In this document: positions 28,301-37,705 of the stretch, in pieces
How positions within the stretch are numbered: position 1 is the first letter of the stretch
Layout: each line of letters begins with the position of its first letter
Origin: Candidatus Enterousia sp.
GTDB taxonomy: Bacteria; Pseudomonadota; Alphaproteobacteria; Rs-D84
DNA: 64,000 bases
Reading direction: 5' to 3'
NCBI GenBank assembly: GCA_045649345.1
Contig: JAZRPS010000017.1
Location: 7,658 to 71,657 of the forward strand
Translations under genes and position numbers: made by a program
Notes under the pieces: generated by a model
What the model was told of the DNA's origin: nothing
What the model saw: only the letters and a program-made list of their open reading frames with translations
Database searches by the model: none

Positions 28301-29428
28301 TTCCAATGCCATTGTCTTTGGCAAACCAACCTGATGCAATTTCAATGTTGGACCAGACACGATAACCGAACGACCAGAATAGTCAACACGTTTACCCAAC
28401 ATGTTCATACGGAAACGACCAGATTTACCGCGCAAAGAATCAGACAATGATTTCAATGGACGACGATTCTGGGAAACCATTGGACGTGCCTTGTGCCCAT
28501 TGTCGAACAATGAATCAACCGCTTCCTGCAGCATACGTTTTTCATTGCGGATAATGATGTCTGGTGCATGCATTTCCATAAAACGTTTCAAACGATTATT
28601 ACGAATAATTACACGACGGTACAAATCATTCAAGTCGGATGCGGCAACGTGACCGGCATCTAACGTCACCAATGGACGCATATCTGGTGGGATTACCGGG
28701 ATAATATCTGGCATCATCCATGCAGGGTCTGTCTTGGAATCCAAGAAAGCTTCGACCAGTTTCAACTGCTTAATTAATGCCTTGCGCTTTGTTTCAGACT
28801 TGGTTTCTGACAATTCTGCACGCAGACGTGTGCGTTCGTCGCCCATGTCTAAATTTGCGATAATGGAACGTACACCTTCGGCACCAATACCAACATGGAA
28901 TGCGTCTGCACCAAATTCTTCGACCGCGGCCTGATATTCATCTTCGCTGATGACATCGTATTGTTTCAAGTTTGTTAAACCTGGTTCAATTACGATGTAT
29001 GCATCGTATGAAATAACCTGTTCCAATTTCTTTTGTGGCAGATTGTTTAACAATGTTGCGATTTTACCTTCGCGCAGGAACCATGTGTGCGCAACAGGCA
29101 TCGCCAATTTAATATGTCCCATACGTTCACGACGAACAGATGCCGAACCAACTTCGACCCCACAACGTTCGCAAACAACGCCACGGAACTTGATTCTTTT
29201 ATACTTACCACATGCACATTCATAATCCTTGACCGGACCAAAAATCTGCTGGCAGAACAAACCTTCTGCTTCTGGTTTCATGGAATGATAGTTAATGGTT
29301 TCTGGTTTTTTAACCTCGCCATGGGACCAGGACAGAATTTCTTCGGGGGATGCAATTGTGATGCGCAGGGCGTCAAACTGTTCCTTGGTTTCAATTTGTC
29401 CAAATATCTTTTGCAACATATTGCTCAT
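25319..29428 (-). CDS. rpoC: DNA-directed RNA polymerase subunit beta'
   Basis: 1369 aa. Contains the 'NADFDGDQM' catalytic motif. Confidence 0.98.
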   Translation of the reverse strand: MSNMLQKIFGQIETKEQFDALRITIASPEEILSWSHGEVKKPETINYHSMKPEAEGLFCQQIFGPVKDYECACGKYKRIKFRGVVCERCGVEVGSASVRRERMGHIKLAMPVAHTWFLREGKIATLLNNLPQKKLEQVISYDAYIVIEPGLTNLKQYDVISEDEYQAAVEEFGADAFHVGIGAEGVRSIIANLDMGDERTRLRAELSETKSETKRKALIKQLKLVEAFLDSKTDPAWMMPDIIPVIPPDMRPLVTLDAGHVAASDLNDLYRRVIIRNNRLKRFMEMHAPDIIIRNEKRMLQEAVDSLFDNGHKARPMVSQNRRPLKSLSDSLRGKSGRFRMNMLGKRVDYSGRSVIVSGPTLKLHQVGLPKTMALELFKPFVFARLMAGDYANTLKTARKMVENGEDVVWEILEKVIHEHPVLLNRAPTLHRLSLLAFEPVLIEGKAIRLHPLVCSGFNADFDGDQMSVHVPISLEAQLEARTLMLSSNNVLSPANGAPMIVPSQDMVLGVYYISLINGEHNEKSPRFANMDEVKLALENKTITLHTPIIARINGKTYQTTAGRMILGELLPKSDNMPFDLVNKVMPRSAIKSLLATTYERCGDKAMILLADALKDTGFEQAAFSGISIGYDDIVIPDEKKDIIAQSEKAAEEIEEQYQNGLLSGGERHNKLIDLWHGTTDKLGDMAYAALGKSTGDKWNSVYMMALSEARGSKRQIQQLAGMRGMMQKPDGSIIEVPIISNFKEGLTMSEYFTSTHGARKGMSDTALKTADAGYLTRRLVELAQNTVITEHDCGTTEFITAKPVYTGSTLSVPLGDVVLGRTAAHDIVHPITKEIIVPAGELVTKAASKAINESGLPSVDVRSVLTCCSDGLCAKCYGMDLSRNALVHVGEAVGVIAGQSIGEPGTQLTLRTFHIGGVASGGAESHFIEVPVAGTIKLSGVNTIKNSAGRIVVLSRNGKLAVVDGEGKELFSSSLPYASMLIVNDGDSVEKGAKVAEWDPYSNTIIAEKDGIVNFNDLIENVSYQEEVDSMTGIVSRKVINWKTNTKKALKPAITLVDAKGEVISLGGKKIAEYLLPIYSVLNVANGDKVVAGDIIARIPVQAKRTGDITGGLPRVNELLEVRRPSNPALLAEIDGTIDLEDAKSKIIIRIEPDDGTAPVEYAVPKGTNLLVRSGDVVKKAEKLVDGDPVPQDILRILGQKALATFMVDQIQQVYRLQGVTINDKHIEILIREMTRRVEITNPGDTGFLMGQVVDRVDFEEENARVARDGGRLAEASQVLVGLTRASLTSRSFISNASFQQTTKVLVDAAISGSTDKLVGINENLIVGRLIPIGTGAYVRRVREIAKEEEKAEKLAREGNGQQQLLDI

Positions 29429-29514
29429 TATATTTTGCTCCTTATAAGATAGTTTTTAGTTGTTAGTGGCTAGTGGTTAGGGTGTGGGGATACGCCCCAC
29501 ACCAATGCTAACAA

Positions 29515-32500
29515 CTAATCTACTTTCTTTGGTGTCATTGCCAGACCCAATCCACGCAATTCGCGAACGAATACGTTGAAAGCTTCTGGTGTGCCGGTCT
29601 GGATATCATTGCTGCCGCTGATGATGGATTCATACATCTTGTTTCGGCCGGTGATATCGTCAGATTTTACCGTCAACATTTCGCGCAACAGGTGGGCGGC
29701 ACCGTGGGCTTCCAGCGCCCACACTTCCATTTCACCCAAACGCTGGCCACCCATGTGGGCCTTACCAGACAATGGCTGTTGCGTGACCAATGAGTAATTA
29801 CCAATTGAACGTGCGTGAATCTTTTCATCAACAAAGTGATGCAGTTTCAGCATGTACATAACACCAACTGTGACCGGACGGGCAAACTTTTCACCAGTCA
29901 TTCCGTCATACAAGTCAAACTGACCTGTTTCTGGCAAGCCCGCCAATTTCAACATTGAACGAATGTCTTCGGATGTCGCACCGTCAAATGTTGGCGTCGC
30001 CATTGGAACACCGTCACGCAGTAATGCTGCCTGGGCACGTACGTCTGTATCGGTCATTTTTTCCAGTTTTTCAGCGACATCGGCACCATAAACCTGTCCC
30101 ATGATGTTACGCAAATCATCTGTGACAGCACGTTTTGCCTTTACTTCGTCCAGAACTGCACCAATCTGGGCACCCAATGTGCGCGCCGCCATACCAAGGT
30201 GAGTTTCCAAAATCTGACCAATGTTCATACGTGATGGCACGCCCAATGGGTTCAACACGATATCAACCGGTGTACCGTCCGCCAAGTGTGGCATATCTTC
30301 GACAGGGACGACCTTGGATACAATACCCTTGTTTCCGTGACGACCCGCCATTTTATCACCTGGCTGCAATTTCATTTTGTGTGCGATGTATACTTTTACT
30401 TCTTTTAATACACCGGCATTCAAAGAATTGCTTTCTGTTGCCTTGGATACTTCGGCGTCCGCCTTTTCGTTCAACTGTTTCAATTTCAAAACATGTTGTT
30501 CGCGCAGTTCATCGATTTTTGCCTGGGCTTCTTTGTTCTTGACCACCAACTTTTTAACGTCAGAAGGTTTGATGCCCTCGAATACTTCACTGGTCAACTT
30601 TTTACCAACGAATGGTTTTAAGCTGCCTGTGCCTGCTTCGATAACCAGGTTTTCTGCGATTTGGAATATCTGGTCGGCAAAGCCCTTTTCGATAATTGCA
30701 ATTTCTTCTTCACGATCTTTGTTAATCTTTTCGATTTTTTGCAGTTCAATCATCTGGGTGCGTTCGTCTTTCTTAACACCATGACGTGTCAAGACGTTTA
30801 CACCGATAACTGTGCCTTCTTCGTTCGGACCAACACGCAAAGATGTATCTTTGACGTTCAACGCCTTTTCACCAAAGATGTTGCGCAACAGCGCCTCTTC
30901 TGGTGTCAACAAGGTTTCAGATTTTGGTGTCACACGACCAACCAAGATGTCGCCCTGTTTTACACGCGCACCAACATAGATGATACCAGATTCGTCCAGA
31001 TTCTTTAACGCTTCTTCGCCAACGTTTGGAATGTCGCGTGTCAATGCCTCTGGCCCTAACTGGGTGTCGCGAACCTTGAATTCTTTTTCAACGATTTTTA
31101 CAGATGTAAATACGTCATCACGTGAAATCTTTTCAGAAATAACGATAGAGTCTTCGTAGTTATATCCACGCCATGGCATGAATGCAACCAATACATTGCG
31201 ACCCAACGCCAATTCACCATAGTTCATAGATGAACCGTCGGCAATGATGTCGCCCGCAGAAATGCGATCGCCAACCTTTACCAATGGTTTCTGGTGAATG
31301 ATTGTTTCACTGTTAGAACGTTCGAACTTTTCCAGGTTATAGATATCAACACCTGTCACAACGTTGCGACTGTTCATACATTTTACCACGATACGGTTCG
31401 CATCCACAGATTCAACAATACCACTGTGTTTTGCAACCTTACCCGTGCGTGAGTCACGTGCCACTTCGCGTTCAATACCAGTACCAACCAATGGTGCCTG
31501 AACACGCAATAATGGAACGCCCTGACGTTGCATGTTTGAACCCATCAATGCACGGTTCGCGTCGTCGTTTTCAACGAATGGAATCAAACCAGTTGCAATT
31601 GATACCACCTGACGTGGTTCAACGTCAATAAGGTCAATTTCTTCTTTTGGAACCATGGTAAATTCGCCGTCAACACGGGCCGTCACCATGTCTTCGCCCA
31701 AATGACCTTCTTTTGTTGTTGGGGTATTACCCTGGGCAATCTTGTGACCCAATTCTTCGTCCGCGGTCAGATAGACCATCTTGTCTGTGACACGGCTGTT
31801 TTCGACAACATAATATGGCGTTTCAATAAATCCATACGGATTAACACGCGCATATGATGACAAGTGGTTAATCAGACCAATATTCGCACCTTCGGGGGTG
31901 TGAATTGGGCATAAACGACCATAGTGTGTTGGATGAACGTCACGGACGTCAATACCTGCGCGGTCACGGTTCAGTCCCCCTGGCCCCAACGCGGAAATAC
32001 GACGTTTGTGTTCCAGTTCAGACAATGGATTGTATGCATCCATAAACTGGGACAATTGTGATGTTCCCAAGAATTCAGACACCAGAGACATCAATGGTTT
32101 TACATTGATAACATCCTGGGGTTGCATGTTTGCAATGTTTGGTGACGACAGGCTTTCACGAACCAGGCGCTCAATACGAACCATACCAGTGCGGAAATTC
32201 TGTTCCAACAATTCACCAACCGTGCGAACACGACGATTTGACAAATTATCAATGTCATCAACCGTGTCTTTGCGATCAATGATATTTGTTAATGTCTTTA
32301 ATACCGCCAAGAAATCAGATTTGGTCAACAAACGTTCGTCTTCTGGTCTTTTGCCAGAATCAATTTTCAAGCGCTTGTTCATCTTGAAACGACCAACCGC
32401 AGACAAATCATAGTACGCAGGTTCAAAACCCTGACGCAAGAACAGATTAATTGCCGCTTCCAGTGTTGGACGTTCACCCGGACGGATGATGTTATAAATT

Positions 32501-33651
32501 TCGATTAATGCTTCTTCGCGATTTGTTGTTTTGTCTGCCATCAAAGTATTGCGCATATGTGCAGTAATTGTGGCATTATCGATAGAAATCAAACTGATTT
32601 CTTTGACATTCATTTTGTCCAAATCGTTCAGAACTTCTTCGGTAATTTCTGTACCTGCTGGGAATACAACTTCGTCGCCAGACATAACAGGATCGAATAA
32701 ATATTCACCAATCAAAGATTCTGGCAACATACCAAACTTCTTGGACGTGTCCATAATCTTTTTCATGCGTTTCGCGTTCAGACGATCGCCCTTGGACGCC
32801 ATGACTTTTTTATCTTTTGGATTGATAATGTCATAGTTCAAGCGGTATTTATCCAAACCTTCGAAACTAGATGTTTCGCCCGTCCAGAATTTACCATCAA
32901 ATGATAATGGAATCCGTTTATAAAATGCCGACAGGATTTCTGTATCAGACATACCGCGGATTGATGGTTTGCGTGGGTCTGCCAACCATTTCTTTTCATC
33001 GTCGGCACTTGGCAAACAGCGCAACAGAACAGTCGCAGGAATCTTGCGACGACGGTCAATGCGAACATAGATTACGCCCTTGGATTCTTCGAAATCGATC
33101 CAAGAACCATGTTCTGGAATAATACGCGCAGTATATGTGATTGGGTTTCCAGCAACTTTTGATTCTTTGGTTGTTGCAAACACAACGCCCTGGGCGCGAT
33201 GCATCTGGGAAACGATAACACGTTCAACACCCGATGCGATAAAGCTGCCGCGCTCTGTCATTAACGGCACTTCGCCCATAAATATTTCTTGTTCTTTGAT
33301 GTCGCGCAAAGTCTTTTTGCCATCTTCGGCGACGTCCCATAAAATCAATCTCAGCTTCAATCTTAACTTGCTGGAATATGTCATGTTGCGCAACATGCAT
33401 TCTTTTACATTGTAAACAGGTTTGTCCAATGTATATTCCACAAATTCCAGGTCGGCAATGCCGGCATAGTCTTTGATTGGGAACATAGAAGAGAATACAT
33501 TTTGCAATCCCATATTTTTGCGGGATTGTGGGTCAACATCTGCCTGCAAGAAATCTTTGTAGGAATTAAATTGAATTTCAACCAAATCAGGAAGCGGAGT
33601 TTGCAAAATACTTTTACGAAAAGATTTTCTAAGTTTCTGGATAACTGCCAT
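29515..33651 (-). CDS. rpoB: DNA-directed RNA polymerase subunit beta
   Basis: 1378 aa. 'GPGGLNRDRAG', 'HPTHYGRLCPIHTPEG', 'MGSNMQRQ'. Confidence 0.98.
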   Translation of the reverse strand: MAVIQKLRKSFRKSILQTPLPDLVEIQFNSYKDFLQADVDPQSRKNMGLQNVFSSMFPIKDYAGIADLEFVEYTLDKPVYNVKECMLRNMTYSSKLRLKLRLILWDVAEDGKKTLRDIKEQEIFMGEVPLMTERGSFIASGVERVIVSQMHRAQGVVFATTKESKVAGNPITYTARIIPEHGSWIDFEESKGVIYVRIDRRRKIPATVLLRCLPSADDEKKWLADPRKPSIRGMSDTEILSAFYKRIPLSFDGKFWTGETSSFEGLDKYRLNYDIINPKDKKVMASKGDRLNAKRMKKIMDTSKKFGMLPESLIGEYLFDPVMSGDEVVFPAGTEITEEVLNDLDKMNVKEISLISIDNATITAHMRNTLMADKTTNREEALIEIYNIIRPGERPTLEAAINLFLRQGFEPAYYDLSAVGRFKMNKRLKIDSGKRPEDERLLTKSDFLAVLKTLTNIIDRKDTVDDIDNLSNRRVRTVGELLEQNFRTGMVRIERLVRESLSSPNIANMQPQDVINVKPLMSLVSEFLGTSQLSQFMDAYNPLSELEHKRRISALGPGGLNRDRAGIDVRDVHPTHYGRLCPIHTPEGANIGLINHLSSYARVNPYGFIETPYYVVENSRVTDKMVYLTADEELGHKIAQGNTPTTKEGHLGEDMVTARVDGEFTMVPKEEIDLIDVEPRQVVSIATGLIPFVENDDANRALMGSNMQRQGVPLLRVQAPLVGTGIEREVARDSRTGKVAKHSGIVESVDANRIVVKCMNSRNVVTGVDIYNLEKFERSNSETIIHQKPLVKVGDRISAGDIIADGSSMNYGELALGRNVLVAFMPWRGYNYEDSIVISEKISRDDVFTSVKIVEKEFKVRDTQLGPEALTRDIPNVGEEALKNLDESGIIYVGARVKQGDILVGRVTPKSETLLTPEEALLRNIFGEKALNVKDTSLRVGPNEEGTVIGVNVLTRHGVKKDERTQMIELQKIEKINKDREEEIAIIEKGFADQIFQIAENLVIEAGTGSLKPFVGKKLTSEVFEGIKPSDVKKLVVKNKEAQAKIDELREQHVLKLKQLNEKADAEVSKATESNSLNAGVLKEVKVYIAHKMKLQPGDKMAGRHGNKGIVSKVVPVEDMPHLADGTPVDIVLNPLGVPSRMNIGQILETHLGMAARTLGAQIGAVLDEVKAKRAVTDDLRNIMGQVYGADVAEKLEKMTDTDVRAQAALLRDGVPMATPTFDGATSEDIRSMLKLAGLPETGQFDLYDGMTGEKFARPVTVGVMYMLKLHHFVDEKIHARSIGNYSLVTQQPLSGKAHMGGQRLGEMEVWALEAHGAAHLLREMLTVKSDDITGRNKMYESIISGSNDIQTGTPEAFNVFVRELRGLGLAMTPKKVD

Positions 33652-33848
33652 CGGTTTTAATCCTTTATTTTATGCGTTTTGCAAACATGACAGGGCAAAA
33701 AGAAAATTCTTAAACAAATTGCGAATATGTTTTTTTCAAAAGATATAAGATAATTTTTTTATTATCTTGCCACAATTTATTTAACAATCTCCTTTTTGCC
33801 CTGCACTTGTCTTGTATATATTTTGACTTACGTCTTTTACGCCTTTGT

Positions 33849-33876
33849 GCCCACATGGGAAAAATCCCACGTGGGC
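33849..33876 (-). promoter_or_regulatory. Hairpin in the rplL-rpoB spacer (attenuator or processing-site position)
   Basis: gcccacatggga/tcccacgtgggc 12-bp stem with one mismatch, about 65 nt after the rplL stop. Confidence 0.35.
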
Positions 33877-33939
33877 GGCGTTTTGTCACACTTTAATGCG
33901 ACTTATTTTTTTAGAACCAATCGGTTCCAAGATATTGAA

Positions 33940-34305
33940 TTATTTCAATTCAACCTTGGCACCTGCTGCTTCTAATGCTGCTTTCAATTTGTCAGCTTCG
34001 TCTTTGCCAACGTTTTCTTTGACAGCCTTTGGTGCAGATTCAACCAAAGCTTTTGCTTCGGTCAAGCCTAAGCCTGTTGCTTCTTTTACAGCCTTGATAA
34101 CAGCCAATTTGTTTGCGCCGATTTCAGCCAAGACAACGTTAAATTCTGTCTTTTCTTCGGCCGCAGCGGCAGCAGGACCAGCAGCAACTGCAACAGCAGC
34201 AGCAGCGCTAACGCCCCATGTTTCTTCCAATGCTTTGGACAGTTCAACTGCTTCCAAAACAGTCAATTTTGACAATTCTTCAACTAATTTCTGAATGTCT
34301 GCCAT
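33940..34305 (-). CDS. rplL: 50S ribosomal protein L7/L12
   Basis: 121 aa. Ala-rich hinge and conserved C-terminal domain. Confidence 0.95.
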   Translation of the reverse strand: MADIQKLVEELSKLTVLEAVELSKALEETWGVSAAAAVAVAAGPAAAAAEEKTEFNVVLAEIGANKLAVIKAVKEATGLGLTEAKALVESAPKAVKENVGKDEADKLKAALEAAGAKVELK

Positions 34306-34354
34306 TTTATTACTCCTAAGTTTTGTTTTAGGTCAGAATAAAAATATTCTGATT

Positions 34355-34834
34355 TTATTGTTCTTTTTTTCCATACTCTGCAGAAACGCGCGCAAGACGT
34401 GAACCTGGTTCGACCAAGATACGTGCGATAGTGCCACGGATTTCCAACAGGGAAGGAAGCTTGGATAATTGCAATACGCCGTCTGTGTCCAGAACGTCCG
34501 CGTCCATTTTACCACCGATGATTGTCAAATTTGGATGTTCATCTGCAAATTTGGCCAATACTTTGGTGACCGCCAAACCATCTGTCGCAACAGCAACAGC
34601 AGTCGGACGTTTCAACATGTCAGATACAGGTTCAAATTCAGTATCTTTTAACGCCAACTTCATCAAACGGTTTTTGACAACTTTGAATACAGAAACCAAT
34701 GGGCGCAATTCGTTGCGCAGTGTTTCGAATTCTTTTACTGTCAAACCATGGTTTTCAATGATGAAAACACCGTTTGCATCTTTCAGGGACGACTGCAACG
34801 CTGAAATCAGATCTGATTTTTCTTCGCGTTTCAT
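34355..34834 (-). CDS. rplJ: 50S ribosomal protein L10
   Basis: 159 aa. Its position between rplA and rplL is conserved. Confidence 0.9.
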   Translation of the reverse strand: MKREEKSDLISALQSSLKDANGVFIIENHGLTVKEFETLRNELRPLVSVFKVVKNRLMKLALKDTEFEPVSDMLKRPTAVAVATDGLAVTKVLAKFADEHPNLTIIGGKMDADVLDTDGVLQLSKLPSLLEIRGTIARILVEPGSRLARVSAEYGKKEQ

Positions 34835-35017
34835 CTATTTTTCCTTCAAGCTTCTGTTTTGTTAAACTTTCCATCCGGGGTTCCCCGGGTGGGGCTTTGT
34901 TTCCTGCCCCAAAGAATTTTCTCTTTGTCTATGATGGAAATTAAGTGTTGCCACACCATCAGTCTTGGACAGAAATCTGTTTTTGCGACCAAGAATTTTG
35001 ACCATGGTCGCAACTAA
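34835..35017 (-). promoter_or_regulatory. rplJ leader region (position of the L10 autoregulatory leader)
   Basis: 183-nt structured spacer with GC-rich hairpins (ccggggttccccgg; gcgacca...tggtcgc). Confidence 0.3.
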
Positions 35018-35692
35018 TTATTTTGCGTCCACTTTCAGACCAGGACCCTGGGTTGTCGCAACAGAGATACCCAAGATATACTGACCCTTGGCAGATGCAG
35101 GTTTTACCTTTTTCAACTGGTCAATCAAGGCATTTGCATTTTCAACCAACTTTGCAGTTTCAAATGACATTTTACCAATACCCGCGTGAATGATACCCTT
35201 CTTTTCTGCGCGGTATTCAATCTGACCAGCCTTGGCCGTCGCAACAGCGTCAGCAACGTTGTTTGTGACAGTACCCAATTTTGGATTCGGCATCAGACCC
35301 TTTGGTCCCAATACACGTGCAATCTTTGACATTTTTGGCATCATGTCTGGTGTTGCAATAACGCGATCAAAATTGATTTCACCAGCTGCAACACGGTCAA
35401 TCAAATCTTGACCACCAACAACGTCTGCACCAGCCTTTTTCGCATCGTCCGCAGCATTTTCAGTAAATACTGCAACGCGAACAGTTTTGCCTGTGCCATT
35501 TGGCAAAGACAACATACCACGAATGTTCTGGTCAGCCTTTGTCACATCGATACCCAAACGGATTGCGATTTCCAATGTTTCATCAAACTTTTTGGACGCA
35601 TATTCACGCAATGCATCAATCGCATCAGCCAAAGCATACACTTTGTCTGTGTCCAAGTTTTTCCAAGTCTGCTGTTTCTTTGTCAGTTTCAT
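35018..35692 (-). CDS. rplA: 50S ribosomal protein L1
   Basis: 224 aa. Conserved order rplK-rplA. Confidence 0.95.
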   Translation of the reverse strand: MKLTKKQQTWKNLDTDKVYALADAIDALREYASKKFDETLEIAIRLGIDVTKADQNIRGMLSLPNGTGKTVRVAVFTENAADDAKKAGADVVGGQDLIDRVAAGEINFDRVIATPDMMPKMSKIARVLGPKGLMPNPKLGTVTNNVADAVATAKAGQIEYRAEKKGIIHAGIGKMSFETAKLVENANALIDQLKKVKPASAKGQYILGISVATTQGPGLKVDAK

Positions 35693-35696
35693 GATA

Positions 35697-36128
35697 TTAC
35701 TCCCCTACCTTTACGCCCATAGAACGACATTGACCTGCAACAATATTCATAGCAGATTCAATGGAAGAGCAATTCAAGTCCGGCATCTTTGCCTCTGCAA
35801 TCTCGCGGATTTGATCCTGAGAAATTGTGCCAACGAAATCACGACCAGGTTTATGAGAACCAATCTTTAATTTCAATGCCTTTTTAATATAATACGACAC
35901 AGGTGGCAATTTCATAATAAATTCGAAACTGCGATCTGTATAAACAGTGATAATACATGGAATTGGCATCCCAGGTTCTTTATCAGATGTTTTGTCGTTA
36001 AACTGTTTGCAGAATTCTGCGATGTTTACACCAGCAGCACCCAACGCAGGACCAATAGGAGGCGCAGGATTTGCTTGTTTTGCAGGGACGACCAATTTAA
36101 CCAATCCCTTAACTTCTTTTTTTGCCAT
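35697..36128 (-). CDS. rplK: 50S ribosomal protein L11
   Basis: 143 aa. Contains the 'PPIGPALG' motif. Confidence 0.95.
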   Translation of the reverse strand: MAKKEVKGLVKLVVPAKQANPAPPIGPALGAAGVNIAEFCKQFNDKTSDKEPGMPIPCIITVYTDRSFEFIMKLPPVSYYIKKALKLKIGSHKPGRDFVGTISQDQIREIAEAKMPDLNCSSIESAMNIVAGQCRSMGVKVGE

Positions 36129-36234
36129 TTTTTCACTCCGTTTTTTTCGTTTGTGTCGTGGTACGATATGGCGTATCTACCACGGTTTGCTGTGATTTTA
36201 CATGATATTTTTCAGAAAACCACAAAAATCTTTT

Positions 36235-36408
36235 TTACTTTTTGCGCGCCCTGTGCATTTCCATCGCCGCATCCACAACTGCTTTGCGATTTTCATCAAT
36301 CATCTTGCACAATTCAGGACTCATTTTGTATTCATGATTGGCCTTACGAATATCTTGTATCGTAACCTCTACACGAATTTCGCCAAAAGCATCCCTTGTT
36401 ATCTTCAT
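36235..36408 (-). CDS. Unannotated 57-aa ORF between nusG and rplK
   Basis: Hand translation: MKITRDAFGEIRVEVTIQDIRKANHEYKMSPELCKMIDENRKAVVDAAMEMHRARKK. The ATG is 3 nt after the nusG stop. Below the ORF-track cutoff. Confidence 0.3.
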   Translation of the reverse strand: MKITRDAFGEIRVEVTIQDIRKANHEYKMSPELCKMIDENRKAVVDAAMEMHRARKK

Positions 36409-36411
36409 ACA

Positions 36412-36945
36412 CTAGACCCGTTCAACCTGTTCAAATTCCAATTCCATGCTGGTTTCACGACCAAACACCAGAACCGTCACAGTCATCTTCTGTTTTACAT
36501 TATCAACCTCTGACGCGACACCGTTAAAGCCAGCAAACGGCCCATCAATAACATGAACTTCTTGACCAACTTCGTACATAACATCTTCGGTAACAACAGA
36601 GCCTTCTTCGACCTGTTTTAACAGACGGCGCGCTTCTTCTTCACTAACCGCAATTGGCTTATTCTTGGCACCCAAGAACATAACACCCTGAGGTATTTGT
36701 TTTACCAAGGTAAATGTTTCATTATTCAAAACCATTTGAACGACAATATACCCAGGAAAAAATTTCTTTTCACTTTTTACACGTTTGCCAGCCTTGATTT
36801 CTGTGACCTCACGCGTGGGGACCAAAATTTCGCCAAACAGCGCATTCAAACGACGTTTATCAATCTGTTCACGCAAACCGCGCGCAACCTTGTCTTCACA
36901 CCCAGTATGAACATTCACGACAAACCACTGCATTTTTTCTTCCAT
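36412..36945 (-). CDS. nusG: Transcription termination/antitermination factor NusG
   Basis: NGN start 'MQWFVVNVHTGCEDKV' and a C-terminal KOW domain. ATG at 36945 has SD aaaggaag. Confidence 0.9.
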   Translation of the reverse strand: MEEKMQWFVVNVHTGCEDKVARGLREQIDKRRLNALFGEILVPTREVTEIKAGKRVKSEKKFFPGYIVVQMVLNNETFTLVKQIPQGVMFLGAKNKPIAVSEEEARRLLKQVEEGSVVTEDVMYEVGQEVHVIDGPFAGFNGVASEVDNVKQKMTVTVLVFGRETSMELEFEQVERV

Positions 36946-36967
36946 TTTATGCTTCCTTTGCCTGTTA

Positions 36968-37147
36968 TTAGAAAACCCAACCAACAATCGCGTTCAGCAC
37001 ACTGTCAACAACAAAAAAGAACAATGCCGCCAAACCAGAAAATACCAATATCATTATTGTTGCACGAATAACACTGTCGCGCGACGGCCACACAATCTTG
37101 AACCATTCACGACGCACAGATTTAAAAAATTCCAGTATTTTCTTCAT
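36968..37147 (-). CDS. secE: Preprotein translocase subunit SecE
   Basis: 59-aa hand-translated ORF: MKKILEFFKSVRREWFKIVWPSRDSVIRATIMILVFSGLAALFFFVVDSVLNAIVGWVF. Conserved position. Confidence 0.8.
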   Translation of the reverse strand: MKKILEFFKSVRREWFKIVWPSRDSVIRATIMILVFSGLAALFFFVVDSVLNAIVGWVF

Positions 37148-37205
37148 AAAAAACTGCCTAAATTACATAATTTAACCACAACCACGAACGATACATCATC
37201 TATAT

Positions 37206-37260
37206 TTCAAAACACGCCCACGGCTGTGTTTTGAAAAAAATTGGCAGGGGCAGAAGGAAT
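37206..37260. repeat. Displaced copy of the tRNA-Trp 3' end (T loop to CCA) plus downstream hairpin
   Basis: ttcaaaacac-N10-gtgttttgaa-aaaaaat-tggcaggggcagaaggaat. Matches 37376-37430. Confidence 0.75.
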
Positions 37261-37375
37261 GTTCGCTTTCGCTCACCACGCGTACCGGTTTCGTTGCGCA
37301 TACGCTTACAAAACCGAACTTGTATGCGAACCCAACATCTTATTTATTCGGGTTCAATTCCACCGCCCCACTTTT

Positions 37376-37430
37376 TTCAAAACACACATGCAGTGCGTTT
37401 TGAAAAAAAATTGGCAGGGGCAGAAGGAAT
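37376..37430. repeat. Proximal copy (3' end of the intact tRNA-Trp plus downstream hairpin)
   Basis: ttcaaaacac-N9-gcgttttgaa-aaaaaaat-tggcaggggcagaaggaat. Confidence 0.75.
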
Positions 37431-37485
37431 CGAACCCTCATCCGCGGTTTTGGAGACCGATATTCTACCGTTGAACTATGCCCCT
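37412..37485 (-). tRNA. trnW: tRNA-Trp (anticodon CCA)
   Basis: Reverse complement: AGGGGCATAGTTCAACGGTAGAATATCGGTCTCCAAAACCGCGGATGAGGGTTCGATTCCTTCTGCCCCTGCCA. Cloverleaf folds, anticodon loop CUCCAAA, encoded CCA. Conserved position upstream of secE. Confidence 0.92.
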
Positions 37486-37650
37486 GAGACCGTACTTTAC
37501 ATGCACATACCGTCACATAGTCGGCGACAGGATAGCATAAAGATACGAAAAATCAAGTCAAAATATTATAATACTTTTTGTTTTTTGTCGCAAGAATTAT
37601 TTTATGCAACACAAAACATAATTTATTGATAAATTCAGATAATTTTTCAC

Positions 37651-37680
37651 TTGCACCCCCTGGCATTTTTTGTCTACAAT
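37651..37680 (+). promoter_or_regulatory. Sigma70-like promoter of the virB8-10 operon
   Basis: TTGCAC-N18-TACAAT, about 25 nt before the GTG start, which has SD aagggggag. Confidence 0.4.
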
Positions 37681-37705
37681 CAACATAATCAAGGGGGAGA
37701 AAGTC

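Noticed and set aside
25323-33415. Many 60-135-aa ORFs on the plus strand inside rpoC and rpoB.
   Set aside because: They are antisense shadow frames of two highly conserved long genes and show no independent signals.
36075-36513. Plus-strand ORFs 36075..36365 and 36202..36513.
   Set aside because: They lie opposite the operon orientation and overlap the rplK start and the nusG end. They have low-complexity F/H-rich translations.
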